From Fimicolochytrium jonesii (Eukaryota): a DNA stretch of 64,000 bases. The position numbers were made by a program, and so were the translations under genes. Under the pieces are notes generated by a model. The model saw nothing but the letters and a program-made list of their open reading frames with translations. It did no database searches and was not told the origin of the DNA. Positions 37,658 to 47,400 of the stretch are shown here, one piece after another. The stretch is from the NCBI RefSeq assembly GCF_025526975.1, contig NW_026515686.1:186001-250000 (forward strand). The letters are read 5' to 3'. Within the stretch, counting starts at the first letter, position 1, and the number at the start of each line of letters is the position of its first letter.

Positions 37658-39696
37658 TCAGCGAAGTACTTGATCGGCGGCGGACTCGGGAAAAGGGACG
37701 ACGTGTTGGTACTTGAGGAGCTGTGTTGTTGAGGGCGTGACGTTAGCTTGGAGCGTAGGACGAGGTGTTTGCGGGGATGAGGTCGCGGGGGTGGTAGGGA
37801 TGTCAGCCACAATTGCGTCCCGGATGTTGTCAAGGGTGGCATGTTCGCTGGTGGCGAGGCTGCAGTGGGCTCTGCGGGCAGCCTCCTGCTGCTTGAGGCG
37901 AGCGATTGGACCGAAGTTGTCGAGGCCTACGGTGTAACGGGACATCATGCTTCGTTTATCTTCGTTCAAGTGGTCTGGGTTGCCGATTGCATCGCCGCTG
38001 CGATGGAAGCGTGGCCGATGTAGATGTCTGGCGAGTCCTGCAGGCTCGTCTTGAGGGTCTCGAGCTGACTTTGAGGGTCGACGTTTACGTCTGCTATCGC
38101 AAGTCCCGACTTTCTGCTGTGGGGCAAGGGAATTTGCCCTTATTTGTCTCTCCTCCGGAGGTTGTCGTGGTCCACACTCCTCCGTGGATGACCGCCTGTG
38201 CGTCCGCTGCTGGGTGCCCCCGTTGAGTTCTGAACCTCGGTGATCCTGCGTGTTTCGGTTCGCCCTCCGCCATCCTCCATCCCTTCGGCTTGAGTGAACA
38301 GAGGTCGCCGGTGGCGAGCTATTTCAACGCCAGATTTGACCACAATTTGGACTCCACTCTTGGCATACCGAACGTGATCTCCTTGTCCTCCGGCTTGTCT
38401 TTGGGTTTGGGGCCAAAGCTCGCTACAATGATCTCGAGTTCCCGAAGGTTGGGACCTGCGTAGATAAGGTAGTTGGGCTGGTCAATTCGGGGGAAGGCGG
38501 CTTGGCGGAGCAGTGCTTTTGGGTCCTCTAGGCCGTCCCAAGTCTTGTGGATGCCGTGCTCCTTGCGAAGGGCCTTGGCACATTGGGCGTAGTGCGGTTC
38601 CAGGTTAGTGATGACGACAAAGACGGCTTGTTTCATTATCAAGTCCTTTTCCCAGTCTCGCATGTGTTGTGGGCTTTCGATCACAAGGTCAGCACTGGGT
38701 GGGGGAAGAGGCCGTGTACACGGGTGTGCATGGTGGATGGGACGTCCGTGTACTCCTTGTATAGGCTCGGGAGCATGACGGTTTCGATGTCCCCGAGACC
38801 CGGTACGGTCGGTCTTCCTCCATATCACCCTCCCCGGTCTTCATCGCAAAGTCGGTCCTCCACTTGCCGTTCTCATGGTCGTAGGGCGCCCGACGCAGGC
38901 CCCGCTTCTTGCCAACGTTCGGGTGCATGGTCGCAGTGATCTTGCCGTCGGTTTCCGCATCCTCTGGGAGGTCTTCTAGGCAGGGCGGGCAAACGAAGTT
39001 GTACTGGGCAAAGTAGTCACTCAGGACTTCTTCGTCTTCCTGAGGGTGGGGCAGTCTCTGGTTGTTGGGGCATTCCTGGTGGTAGAATTGGCTTCCACAG
39101 CAGAGGTCTCCGCGTTCGCATTGGACAACGCGACCATAAATGGAGGCGCTATCGTCCGGGTTTACGCACATGCTGACAGCTCCGTTCTTCTCTGCTCCGT
39201 AGTACTCCTCTTCCTCTCCGGGCTGGTATTCCACGTCTCTCGTCAGGGTCTCGCTCGTGAACTCATCCTCTTCCGGGTCTAGGCCGGAGACGCTGAGGGT
39301 GGCGGAGCCAATGATCGCTTCGCCTCTTCGTCGTTCTTCGGGCGTATCCAACACCTTCCTTTGCTTGCGGGTGTCGACGGGAGTGTTGCCAGCATTCCGC
39401 ACGGTGATCCTGGGCGGGCGAATTGTTGGGCGCTTGTTCCCCGTTGCCTTCACTGGGGCGGGAGTACGGGAGCCGGTGGCTTCTCTGAACGCGCTGTCAA
39501 TCTGAGGGGGAGAGTCGTCAACCTCGATTGGCTTGTGGGGGTACACGGAGCAGACAGGGGTCCTGGGAACCGGCGGGTCCGTGCGTTGTTTCTTGGTCCT
39601 GGTTGTTGGTCGCAGGATAGGCGGCTTCGAGACCGCATTGGACAGGTCTGCGATGCTGGATCTTCTCGAGGAGGAGGTGGAGAATCTTTGAGACAT
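37658..39696 (-). CDS. PHD-finger protein in element C; downstream part is spliced or frameshifted
   Basis: ATG 39696 (acaatcATG) is preceded by a C-rich leader and ATAAATAG (~39823-39830). SMCVNPDD...YGRVVQCERGDLCCGSQFYHQECP...FVCPPC (38980-39174) fits PHD spacing with 7 of 8 Zn ligands. Further open frames at 38319-38828 and 37658-38324 can be joined by short putative introns (e.g. 38674-38719). Confidence 0.7.
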
Positions 39697-40084
39697 GATT
39701 GTCGGAGTTCTCGAAGTACCGGTCCAGGGTCGTTAGGGGGGAAGGGATAGCGTAGGAGCGTGCTGGGGAGCGGTAGTCAGTTGGGGGTTGGTGAGGGTCA
39801 AGGGGAGCGGCTTCTGACGCTCGCTATTTATGTAGTTCCGAAGCGGGGGCATTCTCTTGAGTTCTGGGTGTTCTCTCCCTTCTGTCCTGCTGAGCATTCT
39901 CTTGTGGCACGTCTTGCCCTCGCTGGGCCGCTGGGTACTCCACCGACGTGGAAGATGCCGGTTGGTCCGCGGTTGCGTGCTTTTCCCCTTTTTTCCTCAT
40001 TCTCTGCTCCTGTGCCGACCAGCTGACCCTTTGTTCCCTCCTTTGTTCGGCCTCCACCCTGCGGCCTCTGTAGTATCCCCGCTC

Positions 40085-40531
40085 TTATCTCCTCCCCTTT
40101 TTTTGAGACTTCTGCGTGGATTGTCTCGTGGGGCGGCGTAATTGTGTGCTGTCGTCGCCGGTCTGGGCGTCCCCCATAGGTGATTCGTCCCCAATGGTGA
40201 TGCCGTTTGCGCGACAGTACGTATCCAGTAGCTCCTGCCCTCGAAAGTCCGAGAGTACCACGCAGCTGTCGTGCCAAGTGTTCCAGTTTTTCCAGTGGAC
40301 TTTGAATTCCCACTTCCCGTCGTCGTCCTGACGGTGGCCGATGATCTTCTCGACCTCCCATTCATCCCCGACATTGCCATCAGAGTCTTCCAAGCCCGTG
40401 TCCGGGTCGAGCCCGCGCTTCTTCAGTTCGTGGGACGTCCCGTACGCTCTAGGCCTGAATGGCGTCTTCTTCAAGACTCGAGCCGTCGCTGCCTGTGCCA
40501 ATTGAGCTGTCGAAATTCTCTCTTTGTCCAT
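40085..40531 (-). CDS. Chromodomain-containing ORF in element C
   Basis: GDEWEVEKIIGHRQDDDGKWEFKVHWKNWNTWHDSCVVLSDFRGQELLDTYC is a chromodomain with Trp at the three aromatic-cage positions. No integrase core is recognisable upstream. Confidence 0.85.
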   Translation of the reverse strand: MDKERISTAQLAQAATARVLKKTPFRPRAYGTSHELKKRGLDPDTGLEDSDGNVGDEWEVEKIIGHRQDDDGKWEFKVHWKNWNTWHDSCVVLSDFRGQELLDTYCRANGITIGDESPMGDAQTGDDSTQLRRPTRQSTQKSQKKGRR

Positions 40532-40547
40532 CTCAATTAGCTCCGTC

Positions 40548-40753
40548 ACTTAGCAGTAGTTGGCAGAGGAAGCAGATGACTGAGCGAACTCTATGTTGTG
40601 TAAGATGTAGTACTGTGAAGTATGTATTGTCTTGTGATGGAAAAGAGGACGCGAGGTCCGAAAGGGGAAGAAAAGAGTGAAGTCCCGTACGCGGAAGCGT
40701 GGCGTAAGCGGGAGGGGAGTCACGTGAGGAAATAAAGTACGGGAACCCTAACC
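40548..40753 (-). repeat. ~210-bp dispersed non-coding repeat, copy 2; contains GTCACGTGA and AACCCTAACC
   Basis: Aligns by eye in inverted orientation with 35001-35220. Confidence 0.85.
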
Positions 40754-41042
40754 GGGGCCTCGGGAGGATGATACCTCCAACACCCCTACTCAAACTCACG
40801 AGTCTATCTAAGTGAAAGATAAAACAAACAATGAGTACAATGGTGCGGCCGTACGCGAAAAGCGGGCGGACGTCGGGTGAATAGCTATGACTAAAATGAA
40901 AGAAATGAAAGAGTAAAATGAAAGAAGAAGGAAACGACGCGAGTATAAAACAAGAGACAGCTGTCAGTCGCCCCAGAGAGGTAAGACCAACGTTCCCATA
41001 CTCAACTACCGTATCCCAGACCACCACACGATACGCGAAACA

Positions 41043-41239
41043 ATAGCGAACGGAGGGAAGAACGGCGGCAGTGGCAAGAAGAGTGGCGACGGCAAGAAGA
41101 AGCAAACGGCCCGTAAGACGCTAGCGCCCGCAGCCCCTCCAGCTGCACCTCCGCCAGGACCCTCACGACCGACTACGCGCTCTACGCGCGCATCGTCCGC
41201 AGCGTCCGCAAGCGACTCTTCGATGTCAAAAGCAACGCA
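41043..41239 (+). pseudogene. Truncated Gly/Lys/Ala/Pro-rich frame containing the histone H3 tail motif KQTARK
   Basis: The stop-free frame 40917-41282 reads IANGGKNGGSGKKSGDGKKKQTARKTLAPAAPPAAPPPGPSRPTTRSTRASS. It has no upstream ATG; ATA at 41043 in context aacaATAgcg may be a decayed ATG. The Copia junction cuts it. Confidence 0.45.
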
Positions 41240-41806
41240 CAAGAAGAGGGAGTTGATTACAACGAAACATTTGCATCAGTGACCAAGTTCGACACCATTT
41301 GGCTCCTCCTGTCATGGGGAGCAGCTCAGGACCTCAAAATGGACCAAATGGACGTGTCCACCGCATTCCTGAACCCGACACTCAGTGAGGAGATCTATAT
41401 GAAGCAGCCACCGGGCTGCATCAAGCCAGGAGAAGAGCATCTCGTGCTTAAGCTCAAGAAGACACTCTATGGTCTTCAACAAACCCCCAGGGAATGGAAC
41501 ATCGAAATCCACGGCACTCTCATTGAGAAAGGCTTCACTTGTCTTGATTCAGACCATTGCGTCTATATCAGGTTCCTTGAGGGCCGGCTACTCATCCTGA
41601 TCCTCTATGTGGACGATCTCATACTCATGAGCAACAAGAGACTCGATCTTGACAGCTTCAGGCCCAGGAACTACAGAAGGCGTACGTAATGCATGATCTA
41701 GGTGCCCTGCACTACTTCCTGGGTCTCCTAGTCACTCGAGACCGAGCCAAACGACTCCTGACGCTCAACCAGACAGGGTACATCGAAAAATGCTTTGAAA
41801 CATACG

Positions 41807-42418
41807 TGTTATGGACGATGCGCCCATACCATATATAAGCTCACCTACTGGCAGCCGCCAATGTCAACCGCCAAATGTCAAACGCCAATGTCAATGTCAA
41901 TGTCAGTGTCAACGTCAGCGTCAATGTCAATGTCAATGCCACTCCCCTTCTCTCCTCTCATTTCGCCAATCCTCTTGCAATATCGCCACTCCTCCTCTCT
42001 CCTCTCATTTCACCCATCCCCCCTCGGCTTCTCCACACCCCCCACTGCTTCCCCATAGCCAGCAGCTGTAGCAATGCTCTCTACCCTCGCCACGCACGCT
42101 TCTCCACACCCCCCACTGCTTCCCCATAGCCAGCAGCTGTAGCAATGCTCTCTACGCTCGCCACGCACGCTCTAGGAGCATAGCTGGCGCCCCCCAGTCC
42201 CCTCTTGTTGTTGTTGTTCTCTGATCTGCTGGGTTGCCTATCTATAAATAGCCGGCCTCTCTTTGTCCATTCCCTTCCTCCCCAGCAGATCAACACCAGT
42301 TCTTCTCATCTCCTGTTCTAGTCCTTGTTTCTTGTTTCGCCAATACAATCTCTTGTCGCCTATCACACTCGCCCTGTCTTCTCTACTTCGCTTCCGCCCC
42401 GTCGTCGAGATCATAACA
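41807..42418 (+). mobile_element. Solo LTR 'D' (relative of the family-A LTR) inserted in Copia RT, TSD ATACG
   Basis: tgttatggac...cataaca ends. ATACG at 41802-41806 and 42419-42423. Shares ataaatagcc and ccccagcagatcaacaccagttctt with LTR A. Contains (caatgt)n repeats and a 71-bp tandem duplication at 42027-42170. Confidence 0.93.
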
Positions 42419-43446
42419 ATACGGGATGACTGATTGCAAGCCTGTGTCAACTCCCAGCGTCGTGGGAAGCCCTCTCATCAAAGAGATGGCACCTCAAACC
42501 CTGAAGAGACTGCAGAGATGCAGAACAAGCCCTATCGAGCCATTGTAGGGAGTCTGATCTACGCAATGATCGGCACAAGACCAGACATAGCCCAAGCAGT
42601 TGGAGCTGTGAGCCAGTTCTTAGCCAATCCAGGCAAAGGACATTGGAAAGCTGCCAAACGCATTCTTGCGTATCTCAAGACGACCAAACACTACCAACCT
42701 CGACTGGGAGCCGTCCAAGGAACCCCCAAACTTGTGGGATGGTCAGACTCAGACTGGGGAGGCTGCCCAGACACTCAAAGATCAACCACAGGATACCTCT
42801 TCACCTTCGGTGGTCCAGTAAGCTGGAAATCACGCAAACAACGCACCACAGCACTCTCCTCCACCGAAGGCGAATACATGGCACTCACAGACGCCTGTAA
42901 AGAAGCAATGTGGCTGTTATGGACGACGCGTCCATACCATGCGCTTACCTCATGACAGCATCCCAACAGTCAGTCAATGTCAATTCCCTGTCAAAACCTG
43001 ACATCTGCCAAACCTCGCAGCCGCACGCAGCCGCGCTACCCCACACCTGCCACTGCCTTCATTTCTCCACGCAGCCGCACGTAGCCACACCTCCCAACAC
43101 TCGGCGCTTACAAACCCTTCTCCATACTTCCCCACGTACCCGCCCACAGCCTCAGCGTAGCCACCCCATCCCCAGTCTTCTGTTTCTATGCTTCCCCACC
43201 CTTGGCGCTTCTCTTGGCTTCCCTCTCATTCCGTACCCTTCTGCTTCCCCACGCTTCCCCAGCCTTCCCAGAAAAACATAAATAGCCGCCTCCCCTGGGC
43301 TCCCCACTTCCTGATCCCCCAGCAGATCAACACCAGTTCTTCCTAGTCTTGTTCTAGTTCTTGTTTCGGTCTGAATACCATTACCTGTCAACAACCTGCA
43401 CCACAAGTCGCCTCTATTTCCATCGGCTCCGCCCATTCATAACAGT

Positions 43447-43456
43447 TTGATCTGCT
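43447..43456 (+). promoter_or_regulatory. Self-priming-type primer binding site of element A
   Basis: TTGATCTGCT, 2 nt after the 5' LTR, is the exact reverse complement of AGCAGATCAA (43321-43330), which lies ~36 nt downstream of the LTR ATAAATA box. There is no TGG (tRNA-CCA complement). Confidence 0.75.
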
Positions 43457-43495
43457 CAACAACCCCCAGCCGCTGTACCTCCACGCCAAATCACC

Positions 43496-44422
43496 ATGTC
43501 CGACGCCCTTCCCCTCACGGCCGAAGCCTGGCAAGCCATGTGCAATGCGATTGACGAACTTCGAGCACAGAATACCACCCTACAAGCCGAACTAGCGCCA
43601 ACCCAGACCACTGCCCCTGCCACCCACGCCCCCGAACCCAAAATCAGTCTCCCAGACAAATTTGATGGCACCCGAAGCAAGTTCCGTGGGTTCCTCAACC
43701 AGATCCGGCTCATGTTCGCCCTCCAACCCAGGCGCTACCCCAACGATCAGACCAAGATACGAACTATTGGCACCTACCTCACTGGCACCGCCCAGGCCTG
43801 GCTGGCGCCCCTTGTCGAACAAGACCATCATTCCCTTACGAACCTGGATGATTTCATCCAGCAAATGCAAGCAGTCTTTGGAGACAGCGACAGGATCCGC
43901 ACATCCGAAAACAAGCTCCAGAACCTTCGACAAACCCGTGCAGCAACAGAGTATGTAGCTGAATTCCGACAGCTGCAATGCGACGTGTTGTGGAATGACC
44001 AGGCATTGATTGCCACCTTCCGTCGCGGCCTCAAAGAAGACGTCAAGGACTTAATGCTCACGATGCCCCCTACCGCCTCAATCGACACCGTGATGGAACA
44101 GGCCATCCAATGTGACAACCGATTGTTTGAGCGCCGTCTAGAGCGAAGCAGGAACCGACAGCCATATGTGCCAGTTACCACTAGCCCCACCCTCATGAGC
44201 CCCGACAACCGCCCAGACGACCCTATGATCATTGACGCTGCTCGTCCGCGAGGACCCCTCACACCGCTAGAGCGCCAACACCGCATCACAAACAAACTTT
44301 GCCTCTACTGTGGTAAACCCGGCCACATAGCCAAACTCTGCCCAAACAAGATACGCACGGCGAATGTCGCGGTTAAGGAACCTGCACCCATCCAGGATTT
44401 TGCCCAAGTCCAGCTGCAGTAA
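43496..44422 (+). CDS. gag: Gag of element A (retrotransposon gag domain + CCHC knuckle)
   Basis: PEPKISLPDKFDGTRSKFRGFLNQ, YLTGTAQAW, FRRGLKEDVKD and LCLYCGKPGHIAKLCP. Confidence 0.95.
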   Translation: MSDALPLTAEAWQAMCNAIDELRAQNTTLQAELAPTQTTAPATHAPEPKISLPDKFDGTRSKFRGFLNQIRLMFALQPRRYPNDQTKIRTIGTYLTGTAQAWLAPLVEQDHHSLTNLDDFIQQMQAVFGDSDRIRTSENKLQNLRQTRAATEYVAEFRQLQCDVLWNDQALIATFRRGLKEDVKDLMLTMPPTASIDTVMEQAIQCDNRLFERRLERSRNRQPYVPVTTSPTLMSPDNRPDDPMIIDAARPRGPLTPLERQHRITNKLCLYCGKPGHIAKLCPNKIRTANVAVKEPAPIQDFAQVQLQ

Positions 44423-47400
44423 AGGCCGAGCAGCTGGGCAACACCTGTCCTGGGCCTTCTCACCACGCAAGTACTGCCAAGGGAGAAGCCACAAAACCTT
44501 GCTCCGATCCTGGCATCTCCAGCAACACCCTTCTCCTGACCACCAACAATGTCAATCTCCTATCTGAGATACCCTCACCCATGCGGACTTTGGGCCCATC
44601 CTCACCATTCGAGTACCCTGTTACCCTGCAGATATCGGCCCAGCGAGCTCCAGTTCAACTTTCAGCACTACTCGACACCGGTGCGATGTCGTGCTTCATC
44701 GACGAAAGTTATGCCCGCAAGCACCGCATCCCACTTGTCAAGAAGGAGGACCCCATTGCGCTTGAACTGGTTGACGGACGTCTCAGCCATGCGGGCTCCA
44801 TTACCCATCACACCCAACCTTTGGGCATGTGGGTCAACGACCATTTTGAGGAGGTGGTATTCCATGTGACATGTTCCCCGCATGCGCCAATCATCCTGGG
44901 GCTTCCCTGGTTTGAGCTCCATGATGTGGAGCTACACTGGAAGACTCGCACTCTTTGCGTCCGCTGCCATTGGGGTTTTGGACAATACGCCTCCTGGGAT
45001 GCCCTGCCAACAGAACCTAGCCCGAAGCCCTCAAAAACCCCTGAACCTCTGATCCGTATCCATCAAGACGAGATTTCAGTCTCCCTAGCCCAGACACCCA
45101 ACACACTGGACCCAGCACCCACACCCATCCACGTATCGTTTATCAGCGCCCCAGCTTTCCGTGTGGCGGCAAGGCATGACCAGGCATTCATTGCCTACGC
45201 CAATCCGACCAAGTCAGATTCCCAAGCCCTGGCGACCACTCCTCCAAAAGATCCGAAGGCCATCATTCCTGAAGAATACCAAGATTTTGCGGACGTCTTC
45301 GCCAAGAAGAACGCGGATACCCTCCCAGAGCACCGACCCTACGACTGTCCCATCGACTTAGAAGAGGGCAAACAGCCACCGTTCGGCCTGATCTATAGTC
45401 TCAGCGAGCCTGAAATGCAGGCACTCTGTGACGACCTTGAAGAGAACCTAGCTAAGGGGTTCATCAAGCACTCCAAGTCTCCCGCCGGTGCCCCAGTCCT
45501 CTTTGTCAAGAAAAAGGACGGTTCCCTCCGTCTGTGCGTCGACTATCGTGGACTCAACAATATCACCATCAAGAATCGCTATCCCTTGCCCTTGATTAAC
45601 AGCATCATGGATCGTCTTCGAGGGGCACGCCAGCTCACCAAGATTGACCTCCGGGGAGCCTACAACCTTCTTCGGATCCGGCCAGGGGATGAATGGAAGA
45701 CAGCGTTCCGATGTCGCTACGGCCTATTCGAGTATAATGTCATGCCGTTTGGGCTCACCAATGCCCCTGGAGTATTCCAACACCTCATGAACGACATATT
45801 CCGTGACATTCTCGACGTTTTTGTTGTGGTCTCCCTTGACGACATTCTGATCTTCTCAAAAAACCCAGAAGACCACCCCAACCACGTCCGAGAGGTGCTC
45901 TCACGACTCCGCCAGCACGGGCTGTACGCGAAACCGGAAAAATGCGAATTCAACCGTGACTCTGTTGAGTTCCTGGGGTTTATCATCTCCCAGCAAGGCA
46001 TTTCCATGGACCCAAAGAAGACGGCTGCCATTACCGAATGGGAACCCCCGACGAATGTCAAAGGCATCCAGCGCTTCCTTGGTTTTGCCAACTTCTACCG
46101 GCGATTCATCAAAGGGTACTCTGCGATCGTTGCACCCCTGACCACACTCACTCGCAAAGACTTGCCATTCAAATGGACCCACGCTGCACACCTAGCTTTT
46201 GAAACCCTCAAGAAAGCCTTCACCTCCGCACCTATCCTGACTCACCCCGACCCTGACAAGCCCTTCATTGTCGAATCCGATGCCTCCAACTTTGCCCTTG
46301 GCGCCGTCCTCCTTCAACCCGATGACACAGATCAACTCCACCCCGTGGCCTTTCACTCCCGCAAATTTACTCCTGAGGAAATCAACTATGAGATCTACGA
46401 CAAGGGACTCCTGGCTATCCAAGACTCATTTGCTCAATGGCGACACCACCTCATTGGTGCCCGCCACAAGGTCATCGTTTACTGTGACCACAAGAACCTC
46501 CAGTACTTCATGACTACCCGTACCCTCAACCGCCGCCAATCCCGCTGGTCAATCTTCTTTGCTGATTTCGACTTTGTCATCACATACCGCCCTGGTACCC
46601 AGCAACACCAAGCTGACGCCCTCTCTCGTCGCTCTGAATACGAGCTAAGGGAGGGGGAAGAAGCATTCCGCTCCCAGGAAACCACGATCCTCACCCCTGA
46701 CCATCTCCGCCTGGCCGCCACTTATCTGACCCCACTGGACTCCTCGCTCCTTGACCAAATCAAAGCTGCCCTGGCATCCGATGTGTTTGCGCAAACCATC
46801 CGGCGACAGCTTAGGGCCCCCATTGCCCAGCAATCTCAAGAAGACCAAGAACGGATAAAGCGATTCTCCGAGGAAAATGGGGTTCTGCTGTACGACAACC
46901 TTGTCTACGTCCCCACCAACAAGCTCCGTGCTGAGATCTGCCGGGACATGCATGACACGCGTTTGGCAGGACACTACGGCATGTCAAAGACCCTGGAGCT
47001 CATCTCACGCAACTACTGGTGGCCTAGCCAGTGGCGTTTTGTCAAGTCCTACATCAGGTCCTGCGACGTATGTGCTCAAGCCAAGACCAGCAGACACAAG
47101 CCCTACGGTCTCCTCCAACCCCTGCAGGTCCCTGACCGCCCCTGGGGGTCAATTTCCATGGACTTCATCACGGATCTACCCGCCAGTGATGGGGTTGATT
47201 CTGTGCTCGTTGTCATCTGCCGGTTCACCAAGATGGCGCACTTTGTACCGTGCAGGAAAACTGCCACCGCTGAGTCAACTGCAGATCTGATCTGGCACCA
47301 TGTCATCCGGCTCCATGGACTCCCCGACGATATTGTATCTGACCGTGGCCCACAGTTCAACTCCCACTTCTGGAAACGTCTCTTCGCTCTCCTGGGAACC

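Larger units (their letters stand above)
36909..41239 (-). mobile_element. Element C: 5'-truncated LTR element whose 3' region carries chromatin-reader ORFs; no gag/pol visible
   Basis: LTR and PPT at the left end, PHD and chromodomain ORFs inside, and an abrupt junction to Copia RT at about 41240. That all ORFs belong to one element is inferred from contiguity. Confidence 0.6.

Noticed and set aside
40533..41105. 190-aa hydrophobic minus-strand ORF as an env-like membrane protein
   Set aside because: The hydrophobicity follows from the A-rich plus strand, it starts at TTG, and it overlaps the non-coding repeat whose second copy has indels.
41043..41239. True histone H3 or CENP-A gene
   Set aside because: There is no ART start and no histone fold, and the flanks do not match H3; only the hexapeptide matches. 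The C-terminus is lost, so a divergent variant is not fully excluded.
41811..42129. ORFs with QCQCQC, NVNVNV or MSMSMS repeats
   Set aside because: They are translations of the (CAATGT)n array inside solo LTR D, not proteins.
42027..42170. Direct repeats as a possible CRISPR array
   Set aside because: This is a two-unit 71-bp tandem duplication without spacers, in a eukaryotic LTR.
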